A stretch of DNA of 64,000 nt from an uncultured Actinomycetota bacterium (lineage in GTDB: Bacteria > Actinomycetota > Actinomycetes > Propionibacteriales > Nocardioidaceae): NCBI GenBank assembly GCA_963739785.1, contig CAVUBO010000039.1:49088-113087 (forward strand), in the 5' to 3' direction. The position numbers and the translations under genes are program-made. The notes under the pieces were generated by a model. It made no database searches. It saw nothing but the letters and a program-made list of their open reading frames with translations, and was not told the origin of the DNA. Position 1 is the first letter of the stretch. Each line of letters starts with the position of its first letter. Below, in pieces: positions 1-8,675 of this stretch.

Positions 1-96
1 GGACCCTGGCTTGCCGTGCCCGACCCGCGACGCAGCGTGCTCGACCAGTCGGTCGCCGACGCGTGGTCGGTGGCGGTGACGGTCACCGAGAGCTAG
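1..96 (+). CDS. 3' end of an unidentified CDS entering the window
   Basis: Open frame from base 1 (GPWLAVPDP...TVTES*) with GC-rich third positions; its TAG overlaps the bioN stop (CTAG). Confidence 0.35.
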   Translation, partial: GPWLAVPDPRRSVLDQSVADAWSVAVTVTES

Positions 97-695
97 TCGT
101 CGGCGCCTCGGGCGACCAGGGCGTCGCCGAGAGCGTCGGCGTGGCGCAGGGACCGGACGATCAGCGGCACCGCGAAGGCGCGTGGGCTCGCGGTGAGGCC
201 TCGAGCGCGCTGGGCGTCGCGGACCTCCTCCGCCAGGCCCACCACGACCGGCACGGAGCGGATCCCCAGAGACAGGAGCAGGCCGACGCGCTCGGGGTCG
301 ACGCCCACGCGGCGCAGCGGGCCGAGAGCGCGCACGACCGCGTCGACCATGTCGGTGGTGCGGGTGGTCAGCGTGACGAGTGCCGCCAGCAGCACGAGGG
401 AGACGATCGCCCCGGCGAACACGGCTGCGCGCTCCCACCCGTCGACCACGACGTGGAAGACCGCGACGATGCCGACCACCCAGAGCAGCGGACGGACCTG
501 CCGGAGCGCGAGCCCCAGCGAGAGACCGGCGAGACGGTAGGCGGCCAGGGAGAGGACGACCGCGAGGGCCGCCTGCCACGGGTGGTCCAGGAAGACCGAG
601 GCCGCGCCCGCGAGGAGCAGCAGCACCAGCTTCGCACCCGCAGGCATCCGGTGGAGCGGGGAGCCGCCGGGGAGGTACAGGCCGAGCGAGCTCAC
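93..695 (-). CDS. bioN: ECF transporter transmembrane T component (BioN/CbiQ family)
   Basis: YLPGGSPLHRMPAGAKL N-terminus; two ARG motifs (AQRARG, ALVARG); 4-bp overlap with the upstream ATPase. Confidence 0.85.
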   Translation of the reverse strand: MSSLGLYLPGGSPLHRMPAGAKLVLLLLAGAASVFLDHPWQAALAVVLSLAAYRLAGLSLGLALRQVRPLLWVVGIVAVFHVVVDGWERAAVFAGAIVSLVLLAALVTLTTRTTDMVDAVVRALGPLRRVGVDPERVGLLLSLGIRSVPVVVGLAEEVRDAQRARGLTASPRAFAVPLIVRSLRHADALGDALVARGADD

Positions 696-1399
696 CCCAG
701 CACCTCGCGTGCCATCAGCTCCCGGTAGTGGCGGACGGCGGCGTCCGGCCGGCCGTCGTACACGATCCTGGCTCCGTCGAAGACGAGGACCCGGTCGAAG
801 CCCTCGAGCAGGTCGAGGTGGTGGGTGACCAGGACGACCTGGTGCGGCAGGTCGCGCACCACGCGCTGCACGACGGCTGCGTTGCGCAGGTCGAGCAGCG
901 TCGTGGGCTCGTCGAGGATGAGCACGTCGGGGTCGGTCACGAGCACCGACGAGAGCGCCAGCAGCTGCTTCTGCCCACCGGACAGGAGGTGCGCCGGGTG
1001 GTCGGCATGGTCGGCGAGCCCGTAGGCGGCCAAGGTCTGGTGCACCCGTGCCGCGACCTCGGCCTTGCTCAGGCCGCGCCGACGGAGACCGAAGGCGACG
1101 TCCTCGGCCACGGTGGGCATCACGATCTGGGCGTCGGGGTCGGTGAAGCAGAAGCCGACGCGCTTGCGCAGGTCACGGCCCTGCTTGCGGGAGTCGAGCC
1201 CGTCCACGCGCACGGTGCCCTCGGTGGGGAGCACCAGGCCGTTGAGCAGGCGGACGAAGGTTGACTTCCCCGAGCCGTTCGCGCCGATGACGCCGATGCG
1301 CTGCTCGGAGAGGGTCACGGAGACCTCGCGCAGAACTACGCGGCGGCCCGGACCCTCCCCGTACGCGTGCGTAACCCCCTGGACGTCGATCACGGGCAT
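692..1399 (-). CDS. bioM: ECF transporter ATPase (BioM/CbiO family)
   Basis: GANGSGKST Walker A, LSGGQKQ signature, LILDEP Walker B; start placed at MPVIDV. Confidence 0.85.
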   Translation of the reverse strand: MPVIDVQGVTHAYGEGPGRRVVLREVSVTLSEQRIGVIGANGSGKSTFVRLLNGLVLPTEGTVRVDGLDSRKQGRDLRKRVGFCFTDPDAQIVMPTVAEDVAFGLRRRGLSKAEVAARVHQTLAAYGLADHADHPAHLLSGGQKQLLALSSVLVTDPDVLILDEPTTLLDLRNAAVVQRVVRDLPHQVVLVTHHLDLLEGFDRVLVFDGARIVYDGRPDAAVRHYRELMAREVLG

Positions 1400-1472
1400 G
1401 AGGAAGAAACCTTCGATCAGCGTGGCGGGACGATCCATCTTCGCACGCAGCGGTTCGCGGCCGGTCGGACGT

Positions 1473-1643
1473 TCAGCGTCGTGAACCGGGCCTCAGGTGC
1501 GCGGGCGTGATCCTTGCCAGCGCCACGCCCGCGAACACGAGCGTCAGGGCCGTGACGAGGAGACCGACAGTCGTCGACACCCCGAACGCGGCGAGTCCGG
1601 GAATGCCTGCGACGGCAGCCGGGTTGGCTGGTCCTCCATACAT
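1473..1643 (-). CDS. 56-aa single-TM peptide resembling a sortase sorting signal
   Basis: Strong SD (GGAGGTGA) overlapping the GT2 stop; MYGG...LAAFG, then a hydrophobic helix and a basic tail (RITPAHLRPGSRR). Confidence 0.7.
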   Translation of the reverse strand: MYGGPANPAAVAGIPGLAAFGVSTTVGLLVTALTLVFAGVALARITPAHLRPGSRR

Positions 1644-1648
1644 GCTTG

Positions 1649-2818
1649 TCACCTCCCTTCGGCACTCGCGTGGTGCCACACCTCAGGGCGGCGGAGAACG
1701 GACTCCAGCGCGGCGCGCAGGAGCACCGACTGCAGGAAGATGTCGTAGGCCCACTCCAGGAGCATCACCGCGGCTACGGCCCGTTGCCGCCAGCCCATGC
1801 CCCAGACGGTGACGACCCGCTCGGTGAGGAACACCAGTCCCACGGCCAGCCAGAAGGCCGAGACATGGAGACCGTCTCCCGCGAGCCACCACAGGGCGTA
1901 GACCAGGTACAGACCCATCGCCAGCATGCCGACTGCCATCAAAGCCTGCTGACCCAGGTACGGCACGGTGATCCGGCTGACGCCGTAGCTGCGCAGGTTC
2001 TCCAGCGCGCCGCGCTGCCAGCGGACGCGCTGCCTGAAGAGGGCCGTCCACGTGGGCATCACCTCGGTCAGGACGACGCAGGCGTCGGGCGAGGAGATCC
2101 GGTACCCGAGCGCCTTGACGGCGAGCGTGATCTCCATGTCCTCGGTGAGAGCGGCCCGGTCGTAGGTGTCCCCGCGCAGGCCGGGCAACGCCGCACCGCG
2201 GCTCGCGGCGACCAGGCGCAGGGCCCCGGCGCGGTGCACGGTGGCTGTGCCCGTGAGCACCCAGACGTGGTCCGTGCGCCTGAGGTCGCGTGCATATCGC
2301 GCGTACTCCATACGCTGCAGAATGCCCAGCAGCCCACCGCCCGGCTCGCCCTGGAAGACGCCGCCGACAGCACCCACGTTCGGGTCGTCGAACTCTTCGA
2401 GGGCCGCCTCCAAGAAGTCGGGAACGAGCGTCGAGTCGGCGTCCGTGACCAACACGTAGGCGTCGTCGGAAAGAGTCGGCAGGACGAGCTCGAGCGCCTG
2501 GTTGAGAGCACCGGCCTTCTTGTCGACGTTCCCGCTGGTGACCAGGACCTCCGCGCCGCACCCCGCGGCCACGCGCGCTGTCTGGTCTGTGCAGTTGTCG
2601 GCGACCACGACGACGCGGTCCGGCCGGTGGGTCTGCGCGCTCAGGCTGCCGACCGCCGCGGCGATGGATGCCTCCTCGTTGTGAGCAGGGATCAGCGCGA
2701 CGACCTCGCCGGTCCGGCCAGGGCGCGGGGCCGGCAGGCTCGCGCGGTGGCGGCCGGCCAGTCGATCGGGCGCAGCCCTGTGTCGCGGCACCGTGTCGGC
2801 GCGCGGAGCTGAATGCAT
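1649..2818 (-). CDS. Processive GT2 glycosyltransferase (IcaA/PgaC/CesA-like)
   Basis: IPAHNEE, ADNCTD, KAGALN, DAD, LTED and QRVRW motifs plus C-terminal TM helices; SD GGGGGA before ATG 2818. Confidence 0.9.
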   Translation of the reverse strand: MHSAPRADTVPRHRAAPDRLAGRHRASLPAPRPGRTGEVVALIPAHNEEASIAAAVGSLSAQTHRPDRVVVVADNCTDQTARVAAGCGAEVLVTSGNVDKKAGALNQALELVLPTLSDDAYVLVTDADSTLVPDFLEAALEEFDDPNVGAVGGVFQGEPGGGLLGILQRMEYARYARDLRRTDHVWVLTGTATVHRAGALRLVAASRGAALPGLRGDTYDRAALTEDMEITLAVKALGYRISSPDACVVLTEVMPTWTALFRQRVRWQRGALENLRSYGVSRITVPYLGQQALMAVGMLAMGLYLVYALWWLAGDGLHVSAFWLAVGLVFLTERVVTVWGMGWRQRAVAAVMLLEWAYDIFLQSVLLRAALESVLRRPEVWHHASAEGR

Positions 2819-2839
2819 GAAGTCCCCCAGTCGCGATTC

Positions 2840-2897
2840 GGATAAGGGCCCCGTTTCCCCCGGGTCCCGATATCCACCGGACTGAGTGTTTGTCCGG
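2840..2897 (-). promoter_or_regulatory. Two tandem hairpins in the GT2 5' leader
   Basis: CCGGAC-N9-GTCCGG followed by GGATA..GGG.CCCG-GGGGAAA-CGGG.CCC.TATCC, just upstream of the SD. Confidence 0.4.
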
Positions 2898-3143
2898 GGC
2901 TGTTGTCGCGGGAGACACCAAAGGGCCACGCCGGGTGCTCCCGACCTCGCTTGCGTTCGACTCCCCGAGGACCGGCGTGGAGAGGTTATGTCCGAGATGT
3001 TGTCCTTGTCGCGGTATGACGTGGCCCCGACGGGCCATGCCTCGGCTCCGGGGCGCCACCCGTCTCGGCTGGTGCGGGTCTCATCGAGATCGGGTACGAC
3101 GGTGGTCGGGTCACACAGACCTTGTCCCTCGACGGGGCGACAG

Positions 3144-4283
3144 TCACCGAGCTCCGGCGCGCTCCACGACCATCGCGACGCCTTGACCTCCGCCCACGGC
3201 GATGGCGGCGAGCCCGTAGCGGCCTCGATTCTCGCGCACGATCTGGCTGAACAGGCGTACGACGAGCACGGCACCGGACGCGCCCCAGGGATGGCCGAGT
3301 GCGAGTGCCCCACCCTGGGGGCAGACCCGAAGCGGGTCGAGCGCGAGCTCGTCGCAGCAGGCGAGCACCTGGCCGGCGAAGGCCTCGTTGAGCTCGACCA
3401 CGTCGATGTCGTCCAGGCTGAGCCCCGCCCGGTCGAGCGCGGCCCGGACCGCCGGGACGATGCCGATGCCCGGTCGGTTGGGATCCACGCCGGCTGTCGC
3501 GGTCGACAGGATCCGCAGCCCCGGGAGCCCGAGGCGCTGGTGGGTCAGGGTGTCCGCGACCGCCACTGCGGCCGCCCCGTCGTTGACGCCGCACGAGTTG
3601 CCCGCGGTCACCGTGCCGTCCGGGCGAAAGGCCGGCCGGAGGCGCGCGAGGCGCTCGGCGGTCATGCCGGCGCGAGGCCGCTCATCTCTCCCGACAGAGT
3701 CGATCGAGACGACCTCGGCGTCGAATCCTCCGGCCTGCTGGGTCGCGTGGGCACGAGCGTGTGACCGGGCGGCGTAGTCGTCCTGTCGTTCACGCGTCAC
3801 ACCGCGCTCGGCGGCGAGAAGGTCCGCGGCCAGTCCCATGTCGGGGTCGCCCAGGTGGGCCGGAGCGAACGGGGCCCGTTCGTAGCGCTGCGGCGGCTCT
3901 GCTCCACTCGGCGGCCAGTACCGCCACGGGGCGGTGGACACCGACTCCGTCCCTCCCGCGAGGACGAGGCCCGGGGTCGCCCGGACCATCGCGGCGGCGG
4001 TGGTGATCGCCGCGAGCCCGCTGCCGCACTGACGGTCCACGGTCATCGCGGGGACCTCCACCGGCAGTCCGGCGGCCAGCGCCGCGACGCGCGCGACGTC
4101 GCCGCCGGGGCCCATGCAGTTTCCGAGGACCACGTCGTTCAGGGGGAGACCGCCGACCTGGTCGGCGAGGCGCTGGAGCACCGGAGCGGCCAGGCGGGCG
4201 GCCTCCACCTCGGCAAGGGACCGCCCGGCCGTCCCGATCGGGGTGCGACAGGCGGCCACGACGACCGGTACGTCAGACGGCAC
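3144..4283 (-). CDS. Thiolase family protein (acetyl-CoA C-acyltransferase-like)
   Basis: RTPIG, DRQCGSG, NEAF, GHPWGASG and GGGQG motifs. Confidence 0.9.
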   Translation of the reverse strand: MPSDVPVVVAACRTPIGTAGRSLAEVEAARLAAPVLQRLADQVGGLPLNDVVLGNCMGPGGDVARVAALAAGLPVEVPAMTVDRQCGSGLAAITTAAAMVRATPGLVLAGGTESVSTAPWRYWPPSGAEPPQRYERAPFAPAHLGDPDMGLAADLLAAERGVTRERQDDYAARSHARAHATQQAGGFDAEVVSIDSVGRDERPRAGMTAERLARLRPAFRPDGTVTAGNSCGVNDGAAAVAVADTLTHQRLGLPGLRILSTATAGVDPNRPGIGIVPAVRAALDRAGLSLDDIDVVELNEAFAGQVLACCDELALDPLRVCPQGGALALGHPWGASGAVLVVRLFSQIVRENRGRYGLAAIAVGGGQGVAMVVERAGAR

Positions 4284-5274
4284 GCGCGCCGTCCCGGGCC
4301 TGCAGCATGCTGCTCAGTCTCTCCCGGTCCAGCTTGCCGGCGGCAGTGAGCGGGAGGTCGGTCACCTCGAACCACCTCCGAGGCCGCTGCGCGGGATCGA
4401 GCAGCACGCGAGCACGTTCTCGCAGCCGGTCGACGGACGCCACGTCGGTCACCACGCCGCACAGGACCTGGCCGAGGTCGGCGTGGGGGAGCCCCACGAC
4501 GGCGACAGGGTGGCCCGCGACCTGCTCGAGCGTCGCCTCGACGTCGGCCACGAGGACGGTGGCGCCCGCTGTCACGACGGCGTCGCTGCCCCTGCCCAGG
4601 ACGCGCAGAAGCCCTTGCTCGATCCCGCCGCGGTCTCCGACGGTGACGTAGCCGTCCGCCCTGCGGGTCATGGGGCCGTCGGGACCGTCGTACCTCTCGC
4701 ACACGTAGGGGGACCGGACCCACACGACGCCGTCGGCGCAGTCGACCTCGACACCGGGGAAGGGCTGCAGGTCGTCTGCGTGCGAGCCCCACGCGACGAA
4801 CGACAGCTCGGCGGCACCGTAGTAGTGGCTGACCCGGGCCGCTCCCCGTGCGAGCGCAGCATCGTGGAGCGCTCGTCCGAGGCGGTCACCGGCGACGAGC
4901 AGGTGTACGCCGGAGAGCTCGACCTCTTGCGCCAGGGCCCGGGAGAGCGCAGCGGGTGTCAGGACCGCGTGCGAGGCGCCATCAGGCGAGTGCTGGGCCG
5001 TTGCGCCGAGGTCTGCGGCATGCACCGCGGTGAAGAGGTTCATCGTGGCCGACATCGGTCCGGGCACCCAGACCGTCGAGGTCGCGTCCATGCCGAGCAG
5101 CCTCGTGACGTGTTCGAAGGAGTCGAACCAGGAGGCCGTCGTCCGCACGACAGAGCGCGGATGCCCGGACGTGCCGGAGGTCCGCAGCGCCAGCAGGTCG
5201 CCGCGCTCTCGGGCGGAGAGGACCGCGGCGGCCGGGTCGGCCGCCGCGGACACGTCCACGACCCGGTCAGGCAG
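4273..5274 (-). CDS. AMP-binding enzyme (short acyl-CoA ligase); start uncertain (CTG 5274 or GTG 5259)
   Basis: TSGTSGHPR P-loop, YYGAAE, GD and GKLDR motifs of ANL adenylating enzymes. Confidence 0.8.
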   Translation of the reverse strand: MPDRVVDVSAAADPAAAVLSARERGDLLALRTSGTSGHPRSVVRTTASWFDSFEHVTRLLGMDATSTVWVPGPMSATMNLFTAVHAADLGATAQHSPDGASHAVLTPAALSRALAQEVELSGVHLLVAGDRLGRALHDAALARGAARVSHYYGAAELSFVAWGSHADDLQPFPGVEVDCADGVVWVRSPYVCERYDGPDGPMTRRADGYVTVGDRGGIEQGLLRVLGRGSDAVVTAGATVLVADVEATLEQVAGHPVAVVGLPHADLGQVLCGVVTDVASVDRLRERARVLLDPAQRPRRWFEVTDLPLTAAGKLDRERLSSMLQARDGARAV

Positions 5275-5866
5275 CTGCCGGCTCCTTCGAGCGTCCCCGT
5301 CGAGCGGCGATGAGCCCGGGATAGGCGGCGTGGACGCCACGCGCGATGAGAGCGGCGAGGACGACCTTGACCAGGTCGCCCGGGAGGTAGATCCACGTGG
5401 CGAGTGCGGCCTCGCCTACCGGGATGCCTGTGACGGCCGCGATGCCTGCGATGCCCGCCGCGTAGAGGACGACGATCCCGCCGGTGATGTTGGCCACGAT
5501 GCCCCAGTGCAGTCGGTAAGGGGTGCCGCCGCGCTCGGTGATCCAGCCGACGACGAAAGCGGCGACCGGCCAGGCCAGCAGGAAGCCGACCGAGGGGGTG
5601 ACGAAGACTCCGAGCCCGCCTCGGCCGCCGGCCAGCAGCGGGAGACCGACGGCGACCAGCGCCAGCAGGAGCGCGAGCGCGGCGAAGCCGCGGCGGGCGC
5701 CGAGAATCGCGCCGGCCAGGATCACCCCGAGCGACTGAGCGGTGATCGGCACCGCGAAGCCGGGCGGTGTGAAGGCGGGAACGACGCCGAGCGCCGCGAC
5801 GAAGCCGGCGAAGACCGCGATGAGGGCAGCGTCGCGGGCGGGGCTGGACGGACGGAACGCGGTCAC
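5267..5866 (-). CDS. bioY: Biotin ECF S component BioY
   Basis: VPITAQSLGV, GLPLLAGGRGG, PSVGFLLAW and PGDLVK motifs; GTG start with SD GAAAGG. Confidence 0.9.
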   Translation of the reverse strand: MTAFRPSSPARDAALIAVFAGFVAALGVVPAFTPPGFAVPITAQSLGVILAGAILGARRGFAALALLLALVAVGLPLLAGGRGGLGVFVTPSVGFLLAWPVAAFVVGWITERGGTPYRLHWGIVANITGGIVVLYAAGIAGIAAVTGIPVGEAALATWIYLPGDLVKVVLAALIARGVHAAYPGLIAARRGRSKEPAAA

Positions 5867-5962
5867 AGGGATGCCTTTCAATTCCGGACTCGGGGGCGGG
5901 ACCGAGTCTAGGAGTGCGCGTCGCACCCGGCGTCCCGGTCCAGACCCCGGACGGACACGCCG

Positions 5963-6907
5963 TCAGAGCCGGCGGGCGGCGAAGGTGTCGCAGGCGCGGA
6001 GGCTGCCCTTCTCACGGCCGGTGGTGAACCACCGCATCCGCTGCTCGGCGGAGCCATGGGTCCAGGCGTCGGGGTTCACCCGCCCGGAAGTCCGTTGCTG
6101 GATCCGGTCGTCGCCCACAGCGCGCGCGGCGTCGAGGGCCTCCTCGACGTCTTGTCGGGTGAGGTTCTCGATGAACACCTCACCGTTGGCGTCCTCCGCC
6201 TCCGTGGCGTACTTGGCCCACATCCCGGCGTAGCAGTCGGCCTGGAGCTCGAGCCGGACCGCGTCGCTGCTCGCGCCCTGCTGGGTGCGCACCCGGCCCA
6301 TGGTGCCCAGGAGGTTCTGGATGTGGTGACCGTACTCGTGGGCGAGGACGTAGGCCTCGGCGAAGTCCCCGCCCGTGCCGCCGAGCTGTCCTTCGAGCAT
6401 GTCCTTGAAGAACGTCGTGTCGAGGTACACCTGTTGGTCGGGCGGGCAGTAGAAGGGTCCGACCTGGGACGTGGCTCCGCCGCACCCGGTGCCGACCTGG
6501 TCGGAGAAGATCACGGTGTCGGCCTCGACGTACTGCCGGTCGGACTGGGCCGGGAGCTGCTCTGCCCAGAAGGACTGGATGCTGTTGACCATCGCCACGC
6601 GCGCGCAGTCGGGGTCCTCGTTCGCGTCGGCACCGGTCTTGCAGTGCTCGAGCGCCTGGCCGTCGGTGGAGACCGGGCGGTCGTCGCTGACGGGACCGGC
6701 CGGGACACCGCCGCCGCCGCCGCTGAGGTACTGCTGCAGCACGACGATCAAGATGATGACGAGGATGCCGCCGAGGCCGCCGCCGACCTTCATGCCGCCA
6801 CCGCCGCCCCCCACCGGAAAGCCGAGACCGCCACCCCCACCGCCGCCGCTGCCGCGGCGGTTCTGGACCTGGCCGGTGTCCAGACGGGCCTTCGGGTTGA
6901 AGCGCAT
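5963..6907 (-). CDS. Neutral zinc metallopeptidase (YpfJ-like)
   Basis: Gly-rich N-terminus with TM segment; GPFYCP, HEYGH, ELQADC and THGS motifs. Confidence 0.9.
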   Translation of the reverse strand: MRFNPKARLDTGQVQNRRGSGGGGGGGLGFPVGGGGGGMKVGGGLGGILVIILIVVLQQYLSGGGGGVPAGPVSDDRPVSTDGQALEHCKTGADANEDPDCARVAMVNSIQSFWAEQLPAQSDRQYVEADTVIFSDQVGTGCGGATSQVGPFYCPPDQQVYLDTTFFKDMLEGQLGGTGGDFAEAYVLAHEYGHHIQNLLGTMGRVRTQQGASSDAVRLELQADCYAGMWAKYATEAEDANGEVFIENLTRQDVEEALDAARAVGDDRIQQRTSGRVNPDAWTHGSAEQRMRWFTTGREKGSLRACDTFAARRL

Positions 6908-7067
6908 GCTCTTCCTTCCGTACGACGGTCGGCCGTGCCTCCCGCCTGAGAGGACACGTGACCGTGTCTCGTAGACTAGACGGGTGAGGAGCGCGACGGA
7001 CTGAGCCGGACACCACCCAGCGTCCTGGCCTGCTATACCCCCTAACCCCGTCGAGGTAACCGCTTCC

Positions 7068-8666
7068 ATGATCACTGCTCACCAGCTCGAGGTCCGCGCG
7101 GGCGCACGCCTGCTCATGGAGGACGTGAGCTTCCGCGTCGCGGCGGGCGACAAGGTCGGTCTCGTCGGCCGCAACGGCGCCGGCAAGACCACACTCACCA
7201 AGATCCTCGCCGGCGAGGGGCTCCCCGCCGCAGGCAAGGTCACCGCGTCGGGGAACGTGGGCTACCTGCCACAGGACCCCCGCACCGGTGACCCCGAGGT
7301 GATCGCGAAGGACCGCATCCTGTCCGCACGCGGCCTCGACGACGTGGTCCGCCGGCTGCGCCAGGCCGAGGCCGACATGGCGTCCGAGGACCCCGCCACC
7401 CGCGACCGTGGGATGCGCCGCTACGAGCGTGCCGACGCCGAGCTCCACGCGGGCGGTGGCTACGCCGCGGAGGCCGAAGCCGCGCAGATCGCCTCGAGCC
7501 TCGGGATCGAGGACCGCATCCTCAAGCAGCCGCTGCGCACGCTCTCCGGTGGACAGCGGCGCCGGGTGGAGCTCGCGCGGATCCTGTTCTCCGGAGCCGA
7601 GACGTTGCTTCTCGACGAGCCCACGAACCACCTCGACGCCGACTCGATCGTGTGGCTGCGCGACTTCTTGAAGTCCCACAAGGGCGGCCTGATCGTGATC
7701 AGCCACGACGTCGGCCTGCTCGAGGCATGCGTGAACAAGGTCTTCCACCTCGACGCCAACCGCGGCGAGATCGACGTCTACAACATGGGCTGGAAGGCCT
7801 ACCTCGCCCAGCGCGAGACCGACGAGCGCCGCCGCAAGCGCGAGCGGATGAACGCCGAGCGCAAGGCCGGCACCCTCATGGACCAGGCGAACAAGATGCG
7901 CGCGAAGGCCACCAAGGCGCAGGCCGCGCAGTCGATGATGAAGCGCGCCGAGCGGCTCATGGAGGGGATCGAGGCCGAGAGGAAGTCCGACCGGGTCGCC
8001 CGGATCAAGTTCCCCTCACCGGCCGCCTGCGGGAAGACCCCGCTCACCGCCGCAGAGCTGTCCAAGTCCTACGGGTCCCTCGAGGTGTTCACCGACGTCG
8101 ACCTCGCGATCGACAAGGGGAGCCGCGTGGTCATCCTCGGGCTCAACGGGGCCGGGAAGACCACGTTGCTGCGGATCCTCGCCGGGGTCGACCAGGCGGA
8201 CACGGGCAAGGTGCTTCCGGGCCACGGGCTCAAGCTCGGCTACTACGCCCAGGAGCACGAGACGCTCGACACCGGCCGTTCGGTGCTGGAGAACCTTCGT
8301 ACGACGGCACCCCAGCTCACCGACACCGAGGCTCGCAGCGTGCTCGGTTCCTTCCTGTTCAGCGGCGACGATGCCACCAAGCCGGCCGGAGTGTTGTCGG
8401 GCGGGGAGAAGACCCGGCTCGCGCTCGCCATCCTGGTGGTCTCGAGTGCCAACGTCCTGCTGCTCGACGAGCCGACCAACAACCTCGACCCGGCCTCCCG
8501 GGAGGAGGTGCTGGCGGCGATCCGCAGCTACGAGGGCGCGATCATCCTGGTCACCCACGACGAGGGCGCCGTGCGGGCGCTGGAACCGGACCGGGTGCTC
8601 ATCCTCCCCGACGGCGTCGAGGACCTCTGGAACGAGGAGTACGCCGACCTCGTGGCGCTCGCCTAG
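7068..8666 (+). CDS. ABC-F family ATP-binding protein
   Basis: Two ABC domains (GRNGAGKTT, GLNGAGKTT; LLDEPTN twice), charged linker, no TM segments. Confidence 0.92.
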   Translation: MITAHQLEVRAGARLLMEDVSFRVAAGDKVGLVGRNGAGKTTLTKILAGEGLPAAGKVTASGNVGYLPQDPRTGDPEVIAKDRILSARGLDDVVRRLRQAEADMASEDPATRDRGMRRYERADAELHAGGGYAAEAEAAQIASSLGIEDRILKQPLRTLSGGQRRRVELARILFSGAETLLLDEPTNHLDADSIVWLRDFLKSHKGGLIVISHDVGLLEACVNKVFHLDANRGEIDVYNMGWKAYLAQRETDERRRKRERMNAERKAGTLMDQANKMRAKATKAQAAQSMMKRAERLMEGIEAERKSDRVARIKFPSPAACGKTPLTAAELSKSYGSLEVFTDVDLAIDKGSRVVILGLNGAGKTTLLRILAGVDQADTGKVLPGHGLKLGYYAQEHETLDTGRSVLENLRTTAPQLTDTEARSVLGSFLFSGDDATKPAGVLSGGEKTRLALAILVVSSANVLLLDEPTNNLDPASREEVLAAIRSYEGAIILVTHDEGAVRALEPDRVLILPDGVEDLWNEEYADLVALA

Positions 8667-8675
8667 GCTTCGGGC

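Noticed and set aside
1649-3313. 554-aa version of the GT2 protein
   Set aside because: The extension overlaps the thiolase and looks non-coding; SD and ATG at 2818 fit better.
5867-5962. BioQ-type operator upstream of bioY
   Set aside because: No TGAAC-N3-GTTCA palindrome is visible.
6710-6860. GCC/CCG-rich low-complexity runs
   Set aside because: Encode the Gly-rich segments usual in YpfJ-like peptidases.
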